64,000 nucleotides of DNA. Origin: an uncultured Thermococci archaeon (GTDB lineage: Archaea; Methanobacteriota_B; Thermococci; Methanofastidiosales; B48-G16). The DNA lies in NCBI GenBank assembly GCA_964595645.1, contig CAZQQT010000004.1, forward strand, positions 64,001 through 128,000. The letters run 5' to 3'. Each line of letters opens with the position of its first letter. The first letter of the stretch is position 1. Made by a program: the position numbers and the translations under genes. The notes beneath the pieces are model-generated. The model ran no database searches. It saw only the letters and a list, made by a program, of their open reading frames with translations, and had not been told where the DNA came from. Positions 28,642 to 37,839 of this stretch are shown in pieces.

Positions 28642-29643
28642 TTAAAGCAGTACCGTATCCAAGTATAGAAGCACAAGTCCGATTATTGCTGTGAGTGTTA
28701 CTGGCAGCCAAAAGATATTCGCCACTTGGTCTATCTTCAGCCGAGCAAACGATGTCCGCACCACGGTGACTGCAACGAGAATCACTGCAAATGTCTTCAC
28801 GAGGTAGAACAAGAAGTCCACCACGTATCCAGCGTACTGCGAGAGTGCAAGGTACTGTGAGATGCCATAGGGAAAGAACAGTGCAACGACCACAGAGCCC
28901 ATTGCTATCATCTTCACTGCATCTGCAATGTAAAACATACCAAGGTTCTTTCCTGTATACTCTACGAGGAGACCTCCTGCAATCTCCGTTTCTGCTTCCG
29001 GTACATCGAACGGAATCTTCGAAAGCTCGATAGGGGTAACCACGAGAAGTACACCAAGAAGTATGAGGAGTCCAATAAATCCAAAGACACCCACATCGTT
29101 CCACAATGGGTTGTTTGCGATGAACGCCATGCTGAACACGTTCTCGCCTGGATAAAGCTCACTCAGTCTCCATACCATCCCAATCACGGTCACTGCCAGC
29201 GGGAACTCATAACTTATCATTACCACCATTTCTCGCTGGGCACCCACCGTTGCATAGGGTGAGGAAGACGCAAACCCACCAAGTATCAGACAGATGGCCG
29301 GGAACATTAGGAGGTACAGTATCAGAATAAGATCTCCTTTAGTTGAGAGTATTGGCTCAACGCCCAGCGGTAGATACAGTAGCACAGTTGTCACCGAGAC
29401 CAGTGACACAATAGGCATCAGGTTGAATACCCAGTCCACCGCGTTCTCCGGGACGAGGTTGTCCTTCAGCATCAGTTTCCTCACATCTCTAAAAGGCTGT
29501 GTAATCGGTGGTCCTACTCTCATCTGCATTCTCGCGTGAAGCTTTCTATCAATACCTTTGTACAGCAGACCTACGATGATCCCTAACGCTGCTACACCGA
29601 GTGCGCCGAGTATGGATTTCGCAATTAATATCGTATCAATCAT
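28642..29643 (-). CDS. mbhM: MbhM/NuoH-like membrane subunit
   Basis: Motifs DRKLHARMQMRVGPP, SSPY..GAQRE and KIPFDVPEAETEIAGG..EY.G. Confidence 0.9.
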   Translation of the reverse strand: MIDTILIAKSILGALGVAALGIIVGLLYKGIDRKLHARMQMRVGPPITQPFRDVRKLMLKDNLVPENAVDWVFNLMPIVSLVSVTTVLLYLPLGVEPILSTKGDLILILYLLMFPAICLILGGFASSSPYATVGAQREMVVMISYEFPLAVTVIGMVWRLSELYPGENVFSMAFIANNPLWNDVGVFGFIGLLILLGVLLVVTPIELSKIPFDVPEAETEIAGGLLVEYTGKNLGMFYIADAVKMIAMGSVVVALFFPYGISQYLALSQYAGYVVDFLFYLVKTFAVILVAVTVVRTSFARLKIDQVANIFWLPVTLTAIIGLVLLYLDTVLL

Positions 29644-29644
29644 A

Positions 29645-29989
29645 TTAGAACCCTCCTATCACGATAAGTATCGCCGCCAGTGCAATCACAAGCCAGCCAA
29701 CGTAATCGTTGACATTCCCTGTGTGTCCCTTTATCAACGGTGTGTAGTACGATTTCAGTGCCTCTGTAAATCCCCAGTAGACATTATCTGCCTTTACATG
29801 CGTCTCTTCCGTTGCCATTTCATTGCCGGAGAGGAAGGGTTTCCCTTTATCTTCTCTGGATTTTACCGTCTTTCCTCCTCCAGTGTAAATAAGGTAGGAG
29901 ATGACAGCGATCACTGCGAGGCCGAGCAGCCAGTACAGTGCGCTCCATGCACCATATCCTGTTTCTAGCGTTCCTATCATTTTAAGCAC
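29645..29989 (-). CDS. mbhI: MbhI-like subunit
   Basis: Motifs G.WSALYW, KPFLSGNE and HTGNVNDYV. Confidence 0.8.
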   Translation of the reverse strand: MLKMIGTLETGYGAWSALYWLLGLAVIAVISYLIYTGGGKTVKSREDKGKPFLSGNEMATEETHVKADNVYWGFTEALKSYYTPLIKGHTGNVNDYVGWLVIALAAILIVIGGF

Positions 29990-31529
29990 CTCCTATGACT
30001 GCAGTTATGTAATCTGCGTGGTCTATTAGTGCGTTTACTGCTGGTGACACGATTTTGTCCACTACCACGTCCGGGAAGAGTCCGAACGCCACGACGATGA
30101 TCGAGAGCACGAGCATTGAGAACACCATTGTCTTCGGCTCTTTTTTCACTGCGGTAAGTCTTGGTCCGAGGAACGCACTCTGGAATATCTTAACAAATAT
30201 CGCCAGAGTGAGGATACTCACCAGGATCGCAATGACCGAGAGTATCGGACTGAACTTGTAGACAGACTCGTAGATAATCAGCTTGGAAGCAAATCCATTG
30301 AATGGCGGCAGTCCGGCAATGGCTCCAGCACCGATAACGAAAAACACCGCAGTATACTTCATGTCATGCGCGAGACCTCCTAGTTCATTGAGGTTTCGTT
30401 TTCCTGTGCAATAAATGATTGCACCGGCTGTGAGGAACAGCAGTCCTTTGTACATTGCATCATTGAGTAGGTGGAAAATACTTCCTTCCATCGCCTTCAC
30501 GCCGTACTCCTGGAGCGCAGGCGTTCCCAATGTCGCCAGTCCAACACCGGCGCCCAGAAGCATGTACCCAATTTGGGATACGGCACCATAGGCGATGAGT
30601 CGCTTTATCTTATTCTGCACCAGTGCCATAGTTACACCAATGAACATGGAGAGGACTCCAAGAATCACAATCACCCATCCGATTGTCTCCGCAGAAATAG
30701 TCATTCCATAGAGTGTGAAGACAACGCGGAAAAGTCCGTAGAGTGCCGCCTGAGTGTTGACCAGAAGAATCAGCGTGATGGGTGCTGGTGCTTCGGCATA
30801 CGCATCTGGTACCCACATGTGTACAGGCACGGATCCTGCCTTCATAGCTAATCCTATCACGAAAAGCCCCAGTGCAACTTTGTCCAGCATCGTGTACTCG
30901 ATCCGTGAGGCCAATATTGCGATATTCAGTGCATCGTACTCTCCGTAGAGAATCCCTACACCGAAGAGAAACACCAGCGCACCGAGCGTATACAGTACCA
31001 TCGTCTTATAGGCTGCCTCGATTGACTCTCCTCTGTAGACTCTAAAGCCGATAAGTCCACAGGCTGCAATGGATGTCACTTCGAGGAACACGAAGAAGTT
31101 GAACATGTCCCCGGTGAACTCCAGACCGAACATTCCCGCAGTAAGAAGCAAGAGTAAGGTGTAGTACTTTCCTTTGCCCGTCTCCTTATCCACGAAGGCC
31201 CATGAGTAGATGGCTCCGAGGAATGTGACGACTGCGGTAATGACGCCCATGAGAATGGACATCCCATCCACTTCAAGAATAATCCGCACAGGCATCCTAT
31301 ATCCTGAAGGGAGTGGTATTCCTGGAGAGCTCCCTCCCATTGTGTAGACGAAGATACCGTTGCTGAGGACCTCCTGTGCCAGAAGCCCCACAAGACCGAG
31401 TACAACGCCCAGAATACCAATTACAAAAATATTTCTCAGTTTATCGTCTATCTTGCTTATCAGTGGTGTTGCAAAAGCTGCCAAAAGCGGCAGTCCTACA
31501 ATAATTGCAGGCAAGTGGTCAGTAATCAT
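29982..31529 (-). CDS. mbhH: MbhH/MrpD-like antiporter subunit
   Basis: Motifs TGDMFNFFVFLEV, KAGSVPVHMWVPDAY and GLPPFNGFASK. Confidence 0.92.
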   Translation of the reverse strand: MITDHLPAIIVGLPLLAAFATPLISKIDDKLRNIFVIGILGVVLGLVGLLAQEVLSNGIFVYTMGGSSPGIPLPSGYRMPVRIILEVDGMSILMGVITAVVTFLGAIYSWAFVDKETGKGKYYTLLLLLTAGMFGLEFTGDMFNFFVFLEVTSIAACGLIGFRVYRGESIEAAYKTMVLYTLGALVFLFGVGILYGEYDALNIAILASRIEYTMLDKVALGLFVIGLAMKAGSVPVHMWVPDAYAEAPAPITLILLVNTQAALYGLFRVVFTLYGMTISAETIGWVIVILGVLSMFIGVTMALVQNKIKRLIAYGAVSQIGYMLLGAGVGLATLGTPALQEYGVKAMEGSIFHLLNDAMYKGLLFLTAGAIIYCTGKRNLNELGGLAHDMKYTAVFFVIGAGAIAGLPPFNGFASKLIIYESVYKFSPILSVIAILVSILTLAIFVKIFQSAFLGPRLTAVKKEPKTMVFSMLVLSIIVVAFGLFPDVVVDKIVSPAVNALIDHADYITAVIGGA

Positions 31530-31870
31530 CCTTTCAACCTCCGTACCTTCGATGCATTTACCGTACCATAGTGCTTATAGATAAGGATCGCGAAGGAGAG
31601 AATTAATGCCGTGGTAGCCAGTCCAATAACAATACTCGTTAGTGTCAGCGCCTGAGGTGTCGGCAGTACCATCTCTTCCTTTGCCGCCATGGTGTAGATG
31701 GGAGCCACCGCATCGGATCGATATCCGAGGGTAATTAAAAACAGGTTCACTCCACATTCCACCAAGTTCAATCCTATCGCTATTTTTATCAGATTTCGTT
31801 TGAACACAAGAGTATAGAGTCCAAGAATCACTAGTAACGCACAGACAATGAATGGTATATTTCCTATCAT
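31526..31870 (-). CDS. mbhG: MbhG/MrpC-like subunit
   Basis: Motifs NLIKIAIGL and PQALTLTSIVIG. Confidence 0.9.
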   Translation of the reverse strand: MIGNIPFIVCALLVILGLYTLVFKRNLIKIAIGLNLVECGVNLFLITLGYRSDAVAPIYTMAAKEEMVLPTPQALTLTSIVIGLATTALILSFAILIYKHYGTVNASKVRRLKG

Positions 31871-32328
31871 TCTTCATCACCCCTCTTTATACCGTACATC
31901 ATGAGGAGTACAATGCTCCCTAGTCCTGCGAGAACCTTCAATCCCACCGCCCAGTTCAATAATGGCAGAACGCCCCCGGTATTGAGGTTGCCCGGGTTTA
32001 TTCCGGCACTCAGTGTTTCTCCAAAGATAATTTCGGAGTTTGCCAGGAAGTTGTAGAGGAATGTTGTCCCTATTCCAAGGAATGCAATGCTGACAAATCC
32101 AAGTGCCCCAACGCTTTCCAGGATTGAGAGGTTGCTCTTCTTTATTATATCTTTAATGGTGTCGTATCCATAGGCAATTGCAGCCATCGCGATTGCAGAG
32201 GCAACCACTGCACCTCCCTGGAATCCTCCACCAGGGGTGAGATGTCCGTGCATTATCACATAAAATCCGAAGATGACCACAAAGGTATACAGGATCTTTG
32301 TAATCGTCCTCACTATCTTCGACATCAT
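31867..32328 (-). CDS. mbhF: MbhF/MrpB-like subunit
   Basis: Motif HGHLTPGGGFQGG. Confidence 0.9.
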   Translation of the reverse strand: MMSKIVRTITKILYTFVVIFGFYVIMHGHLTPGGGFQGGAVVASAIAMAAIAYGYDTIKDIIKKSNLSILESVGALGFVSIAFLGIGTTFLYNFLANSEIIFGETLSAGINPGNLNTGGVLPLLNWAVGLKVLAGLGSIVLLMMYGIKRGDEE

Positions 32329-32591
32329 TTTTTCAGCCTCCTGAATACGACGGACACACCTATCACTGCCGTGAATAGTACAGTGGCCTCTCCAAGTGTA
32401 TCAAATCCTCTGTAATCGAATACCACTGCTGTCACCACGTTATTTGCGGCTGATTCCTCCTGCGCAAAATCGATAATGTAGTCATCCATATCTGACACAG
32501 CAGGGGATCCAAACTCACGCATTTGTGTTGCAGAGAGAATTAAAAAACCTGCAACTACCATTAACGCTACAAAGACTGTAAATCGCTTCAT
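32325..32591 (-). CDS. mbhE: MbhE-like subunit
   Basis: Motif NVVTAVVFDYRGFDTLGE. Confidence 0.9.
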   Translation of the reverse strand: MKRFTVFVALMVVAGFLILSATQMREFGSPAVSDMDDYIIDFAQEESAANNVVTAVVFDYRGFDTLGEATVLFTAVIGVSVVFRRLKK

Positions 32592-32839
32592 ATCTCTTCC
32601 CTCCTTTCACTACCTCTAATCGCAAGAACAAATATTGCTGTGGTGAGGGCTGCTCCAATTCCAGCCTCTGCTATCGCAACGTCTGGAGCCTGCAGGAAAT
32701 AGAATTCCAGCGCGAGCAAGAGGCTTGTAGCCGCAAAAGAGATAACAGCTGCCAGAAGATCCTTGAAGGTCACGGCCATCACCGCTGTGCCAATTATAAG
32801 CAACAAAATTACTATCTGAAGTGCTTCTTCAATCATCAT
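32588..32839 (-). CDS. mbhD: MbhD/DUF4040 subunit
   Basis: Motif LQAPDVAIAEAGIGA. Start at MMIEEAL. Confidence 0.88.
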   Translation of the reverse strand: MMIEEALQIVILLLIIGTAVMAVTFKDLLAAVISFAATSLLLALEFYFLQAPDVAIAEAGIGAALTTAIFVLAIRGSERREEI

Positions 32840-33185
32840 CCTGATCACCTCGAAGTTCGTCGACCACGGCTCTCTTAGGAAATACACCGCTTTTGTGTGC
32901 TGCACGGGCGATTGCGTGGGCTCCTGTCGGGTTGGTAATCACCAGCGCGAGCAACGCGATGAACGCGTGAATGGCCAGAACGCCGTAAGCCGTAGACTCA
33001 GTGTGCCAGTAATAAAGCCCATAAAGAATCACACCAGACGACGTGAAAATAGAACCGAATGTCGTACATTTTGTCCCCGCATGAAGCCGTGTGTAGACAT
33101 CGGGGAAGCGTATCAATCCAAAGGATCCGAGTCCGTTGAAAAAGACACCTATCGCGAGAAGTATATATATTATTGTCTCTATCAT
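32829..33185 (-). CDS. mbhC: MbhC/MrpG-like subunit
   Basis: Motifs RFPDVYTRLHAGTK and P.GAHAIARAA. Confidence 0.9.
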   Translation of the reverse strand: MIETIIYILLAIGVFFNGLGSFGLIRFPDVYTRLHAGTKCTTFGSIFTSSGVILYGLYYWHTESTAYGVLAIHAFIALLALVITNPTGAHAIARAAHKSGVFPKRAVVDELRGDQDDD

Positions 33186-33442
33186 CAGAGATCACCCTCC
33201 AAGTAATTTGCAATATACAGTGTTCCTACAAAGGAAAGCAGTGCATAGACAATTGCAACATCGATGTATATCACTTCTTCATAGGCCGCTCCGAGTACAA
33301 TCATTGCAGCGATTACAAGAGTATTGATCGTGTCAAGTCCCACTACTCTGTCCGGCACTGTCGGTCCGAAGATAATTCGTATCACTCCAAACGCCATAAA
33401 AATCAGCAAGAAAATAGCTACTATAAAGAACGTCTCCATCAT
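33185..33442 (-). CDS. mbhB: MbhB/MrpF-like subunit
   Basis: Motif GPTVPDRVVGLD; ATGA overlap with mbhA. Confidence 0.9.
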   Translation of the reverse strand: MMETFFIVAIFLLIFMAFGVIRIIFGPTVPDRVVGLDTINTLVIAAMIVLGAAYEEVIYIDVAIVYALLSFVGTLYIANYLEGDL

Positions 33443-33942
33443 TCGGCAATCCTCCTTATCCATTTTGGAAATCCATCGCAAACTTCTTCTATCGACGGTT
33501 CCTTGTGCAGTACGTTAATCCAGTGTATATACAGGTGATTCTTTTTCTCATCGACATCGACACTCAATGTTCCAGGAGTGAGTGTAATCGAGTTCCCAAG
33601 CATTGTTACAGCCAAATCTGTCTTAAACTCGGGATTTATCTTCACGATGCCGGGTTTAATTCTCCCTGTGATAACTCTGTATGCAACATCAAGGTTCGCC
33701 TTCGCCATTGCGAGTAAGAACGGTCCGAGATATGCGATAAAGTAGAGCCATCGCACCGGATTGAGCATCCTGTAATCTCCGTTTCTGAATAAAAGTGCTC
33801 TTCCAACTATTCCTGCAATAGCAGCGAGAATAATACCGGCCACAATCTCTGCACTACTCCAGAAGAGAATGTCACCAGTTCCAACAGTCAAGACAAGATA
33901 TAAAACAAATGCTACTGCAGATGTAACCAACGTCTTCTTCAT
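33439..33942 (-). CDS. mbhA: MbhA/MrpE-like subunit
   Basis: Motifs ANLDVAYRV, NSITLTPGT and LYIHW. Confidence 0.9.
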   Translation of the reverse strand: MKKTLVTSAVAFVLYLVLTVGTGDILFWSSAEIVAGIILAAIAGIVGRALLFRNGDYRMLNPVRWLYFIAYLGPFLLAMAKANLDVAYRVITGRIKPGIVKINPEFKTDLAVTMLGNSITLTPGTLSVDVDEKKNHLYIHWINVLHKEPSIEEVCDGFPKWIRRIAE

Positions 33943-34026
33943 CCATATTCCTCCAGTATCACTCTTTTACCAGAGATGGAAAAGATGTATATTTAAAACT
34001 TTCGATGAGGTTCGGGGGCAGTATGC

Positions 34027-35082
34027 TCAGGATTCTTCTCTCTGCCGCTCTAACATATCTTTGACAGTTTTATTGGAGTAAAGGAAACATGGGATACCAA
34101 TGAAAATTCCAAGCCAGTAGGAGAGTAATCGTACCAATATTGTAACGGATGCTGCGACCGCACTTTGTATGCTAAATATAGAAAATATTAAGATCATGAT
34201 CCCCTCGTGTGCACCGAGGCCCCCAGGAAGTAATGGAATCATTCCTACCTGTATACCTACGATAGTCACAATAATGGGCACAATGAAATTTACATCCTGT
34301 CCCACAGCTATAAACATGAGATAAACTCTTAAAAATGCGCAAAAAAGCATTAAAAATGATAATGAGAGAGCTTTTACCATTATTCCTCTATTTTTACTAA
34401 TTCGTACAACGGTCTTGTTGAAACTTATGATTCTTTCTTCAATGAGATCGGTATATTCCTCTACCTTCGGGAAAATCTTTCCCACCAAATTTATCAGTGC
34501 GAACACGACTTTTTTTGCTGCTTCTAGATTTATACAGAGGTAGATCGTGATGAAAAGAAGGAATATAGAAAAAGATAGTGCAAAAATAAGGACATATTGC
34601 ACCCACGAAGGAATATCCTTCAAGAAAAAAAGATACGCGATAGAAAAAAGAGACAGAGAGGCAAAAGGAAAGCTGTCAAAAACTCTGTCTGCTGTTGTTG
34701 TGGCAAAAACTCGTTCCACGGTAATATCCTCCATGATGCCCAGTGTGTACGCCCTCACCGGTTCCCCACCGGTCTTTGCAGACGGTGTGATATTATTAAT
34801 CAGTACTCCCGAAAAAAGAGAGATAAAAAGATTTTTTGTCGATATAGTCCCTTTTGCTGCTCCTAAAATTATTTTCCACCGATACGACCAGAGAGCAAAA
34901 CTGAGAAGTTGGATAGAGAGACCGAACAGGAGGAATGTACTATGTGCCTCCCGTAACACGGCCCAAGTTTCTTGGATCCCTATATACCGTAGTATAAAAT
35001 AGATCACCAAGAAACCCAGTGTGAACAATCCAATGATTCTAAGGCTTTTTTTCCGCATGAATGCCTTCATATACAGTAACAT
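34027..35082 (-). CDS. UPF0104/lysylphosphatidylglycerol synthase TM-family (flippase-like) membrane protein
   Basis: Motifs RW, NNITP...GGE, DR and PGGLGAHE. Start uncertain. Confidence 0.85.
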   Translation of the reverse strand: MLLYMKAFMRKKSLRIIGLFTLGFLVIYFILRYIGIQETWAVLREAHSTFLLFGLSIQLLSFALWSYRWKIILGAAKGTISTKNLFISLFSGVLINNITPSAKTGGEPVRAYTLGIMEDITVERVFATTTADRVFDSFPFASLSLFSIAYLFFLKDIPSWVQYVLIFALSFSIFLLFITIYLCINLEAAKKVVFALINLVGKIFPKVEEYTDLIEERIISFNKTVVRISKNRGIMVKALSLSFLMLFCAFLRVYLMFIAVGQDVNFIVPIIVTIVGIQVGMIPLLPGGLGAHEGIMILIFSIFSIQSAVAASVTILVRLLSYWLGIFIGIPCFLYSNKTVKDMLERQREES

Positions 35083-35127
35083 TTATATTTATCGCTCTCG
35101 TATTAAAACGTAATTGAATCATAGAAG

Positions 35128-36342
35128 GTGAAGCCTCTGTATAAAACAGATGAGAAACTGGATTATGATAGATTTAATTTGGAGAGCAATCCGTTTTCAA
35201 GACTCTCTAGTGAGGGTATAAAGGATATAGATGATATCCACGTATTTCAGAATATAGACTCAAAGATTACAGAGATGCTCTCGGAAGTAATCAACAAAAA
35301 ATCATCGGTTGCCTTTGCACTTGTAGGGGATCTCGGATCTGGAAAAACACAACGGCTGAAGGGAGTCCATAGACTCTTCCAAGAGGCTGGATTTTCTATG
35401 TATATCAAGATAGATACAAACGATCCGATAAAGATCATTAAGGATATTTTTTCAGTCTTTTACTATATGAAAGAAGATAGAAAAAATAGATTTGATCGAT
35501 TTAAGGATAGATTTGATCGATTTTTGGGGAAAAAACTGGAATTCGACGAAATATGGGAACTAAAAAGTGGAGAATTTAAATCTACAGAGATAGGAAGCAC
35601 GCTGAAAGAGTATATGTCTGATTTTGATGTCTCCTGTTTAATCCTTGATGAGGTAGAGAATCTCGTTTCGGCGCCGGAAGAGAAGCTCATCTCCTTTTTC
35701 GAAGTGTTGAGACAGTTTATCAGCGATATGCCAGACTCATCCTTATTCGTCATGGCGTGTACCAAAGAAGGTGCTGAGAAGATAAAAAATTCAAATCCCG
35801 CATTTTTCATGAGATTACATCGTGTTCTGGAACTTGAACCGTTTACAAATGAGAAAGCACTGGAAATGGTAGAGAAAAGAATCGCAAAAGAGAGAATAGA
35901 CCCAGAAAAGGATTTAAATCCGATTTATCCATTTGAAAAGTCAGGAGTAACGTACGTGAATGATATGGTAGATGGGAATCCACGGCTCCTCCTTCGAATG
36001 CTCCACACTGTCCTTACCTCCGCAGTAAAAAACGATCTGATCGAGATCATCGACGATAGGTATGTCAGCGATCTTCTCAGTACCCCTTCGTCTGTTGAAG
36101 AGTATATTCTGAAGGTACCCGAAGAACTAAGGGATCTCGTAACATTAATCACGAAAAAATTCAATGGGGGGCCGGTGAGTTATATAGAAATTGCGAAAGA
36201 AACGAAGATGAATCCCACTGCTGTGTATGAAAATATGAAGGAACTTACCGGAATGGGGTTAATGACGAACGAGAAAGGGAAATTTGAGGTTGTTCCTGGA
36301 ATAAAATCAATGATAGAAGAAACGGAAGAAAAAGAGAGTTAG
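35128..36342 (+). CDS. AAA+ ATPase with C-terminal winged helix
   Basis: L..NPF, Walker A GDLGSGKT, Walker B LILDEVE, GNPR, and C-terminal EIAKETKMNPTAVY. Confidence 0.85.
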   Translation: MKPLYKTDEKLDYDRFNLESNPFSRLSSEGIKDIDDIHVFQNIDSKITEMLSEVINKKSSVAFALVGDLGSGKTQRLKGVHRLFQEAGFSMYIKIDTNDPIKIIKDIFSVFYYMKEDRKNRFDRFKDRFDRFLGKKLEFDEIWELKSGEFKSTEIGSTLKEYMSDFDVSCLILDEVENLVSAPEEKLISFFEVLRQFISDMPDSSLFVMACTKEGAEKIKNSNPAFFMRLHRVLELEPFTNEKALEMVEKRIAKERIDPEKDLNPIYPFEKSGVTYVNDMVDGNPRLLLRMLHTVLTSAVKNDLIEIIDDRYVSDLLSTPSSVEEYILKVPEELRDLVTLITKKFNGGPVSYIEIAKETKMNPTAVYENMKELTGMGLMTNEKGKFEVVPGIKSMIEETEEKES

Positions 36343-36373
36343 GGGATTTTGAAGGAGGAATATGAGAGTGTAT

Positions 36374-36484
36374 TTAAACCCTAACTCTCAGGGCAGTCAA
36401 CAATACTAGTAGTGCTGCGGCAATAATGCTCACCAATATTGAATTTTTTTTGGTAGTATTGATGGCCCTTGTTTTTCTTCTCAT
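36374..36484 (-). CDS. Small single-TM peptide (36 aa)
   Basis: MRRKTRAINTTKKNSILVSIIAAALLVLLTALRVRV; BRE/TATA GAAAACCTTAAATA about 22 nt upstream. Confidence 0.55.
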   Translation of the reverse strand: MRRKTRAINTTKKNSILVSIIAAALLVLLTALRVRV

Positions 36485-36609
36485 ACAACATTATTGATGA
36501 GCAATACTATTTAAGGTTTTCGGTAGTTATACAGAACAGTAAAAGTCATATACTATGGGAAAGCTATATAAATGAAGAAAACAATATTAAGGTACAACGG
36601 TGATCACGG

Positions 36610-37053
36610 ATGAAAGAAAATCTGGAAGAGAGTATTTTAAATTATCTTAAGGGAGCAGAGGTAGGCGCTACTGCTTCCGAGTTATCGAGAGAACTGGACA
36701 TCAATAGAATGACTGCAGTAAAGTACCTCGAAGTGATGAGGGCAACAGGGCTGGTTGATTACAAAAAGGTGGGCATGGCAAAGGTGTATTACGTATCTAC
36801 TGAGTTCTCTTACGCACAGCATGTACTCTTACTTAAGACGCGGCAGCTCTTACAAAATATAGAAACTCCTGAAGAGCATTATACTATTCTTGAGAGTGTA
36901 TTGGACTCTCATATTGAAATCGCTTCCACTTATAAGAAAGAGGAACGAGAAACGATAGCAGAACTTCTAGAAGAATCCGCAGAAAAAGTACGGAAGGCTG
37001 TGGCAGAAGGTAACGAGGAGGAAGAAAAAAGGAAAGAGAAGGCGCCACAGTAA
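36610..37053 (+). CDS. wHTH transcriptional regulator
   Basis: ASELSRELDINRMTAVKYLEVM...GMAKVY. Confidence 0.85.
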   Translation: MKENLEESILNYLKGAEVGATASELSRELDINRMTAVKYLEVMRATGLVDYKKVGMAKVYYVSTEFSYAQHVLLLKTRQLLQNIETPEEHYTILESVLDSHIEIASTYKKEERETIAELLEESAEKVRKAVAEGNEEEEKRKEKAPQ

Positions 37054-37187
37054 GATCCTCTTATTCATCTCTTTATCTCTTCTCATTTAATAAGAAAACA
37101 GATCCTTTAAAATGCGACATGCCATTTCCCTCGGGACAGCCGTCTCTATACATAACTATTATATATGCTCAATGGTGATGATGTCAT

Positions 37188-37460
37188 ATGAAACAGGTGC
37201 ACATCTTTGTCTCAGGTAGAGTGCAGGGAGTATTTTATAGAGCCAATACAAGAAAAACGGCAAAACGTCTTGGACTTACAGGGTGGGTACGAAACCTCAG
37301 CGATGGGAGAGTAGAGATTGTGGCTGAAGGAGAAGAAGAACCCCTCAAAGAACTGATAGAATGGTGTCACGAAGGGCCACAAATGGCCTCTGTTACCGAT
37401 GTTGAAACGGAATGGCGTGAGTATGAAGGAAAATACGAAGATTTTTCAATATGGAGATAG
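37188..37460 (+). CDS. acyP: Acylphosphatase
   Basis: Motifs VSGRVQGVFYR and GWVRN. Confidence 0.96.
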   Translation: MKQVHIFVSGRVQGVFYRANTRKTAKRLGLTGWVRNLSDGRVEIVAEGEEEPLKELIEWCHEGPQMASVTDVETEWREYEGKYEDFSIWR

Positions 37461-37461
37461 G

Positions 37462-37839
37462 TTGAGGGTATTATTACCAATTATTTTGGTAATATTTTTT
37501 ACAGGCTGTATCACGCATTCCTTTGCCATTACAGATGTGACCCTCTGCACCGCTGTAGACAATGGAGAGCCATCCAGTGTGAACACTGTCTTTGCACCAG
37601 CAGACACTGTGTACTGCTGGATCGAGTACGAGTACGCTCTAGAGAACACACCGATAAAAGCGGTCTGGTATTACGAAGGAGAAAAAATGTACGAGAAAGA
37701 GGCCGTCCTCCAAGAAGGTTCCGGGAAAATTTGGTTCTCGATGTATGCTACAGGGCAGGATCTGCCCGTCGGTAGTTACACGGTGAAAATCTACGTTGAT
37801 GGTACAATAAAAGAAAAAAAGTTTTCTATATCTCAGTGA
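37462..37839 (+). CDS. Putative lipoprotein (Ig-like)
   Basis: TTG start; signal ending FFTGC; W..G.Y.V.IY pattern. Confidence 0.6.
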   Translation: MRVLLPIILVIFFTGCITHSFAITDVTLCTAVDNGEPSSVNTVFAPADTVYCWIEYEYALENTPIKAVWYYEGEKMYEKEAVLQEGSGKIWFSMYATGQDLPVGSYTVKIYVDGTIKEKKFSISQ

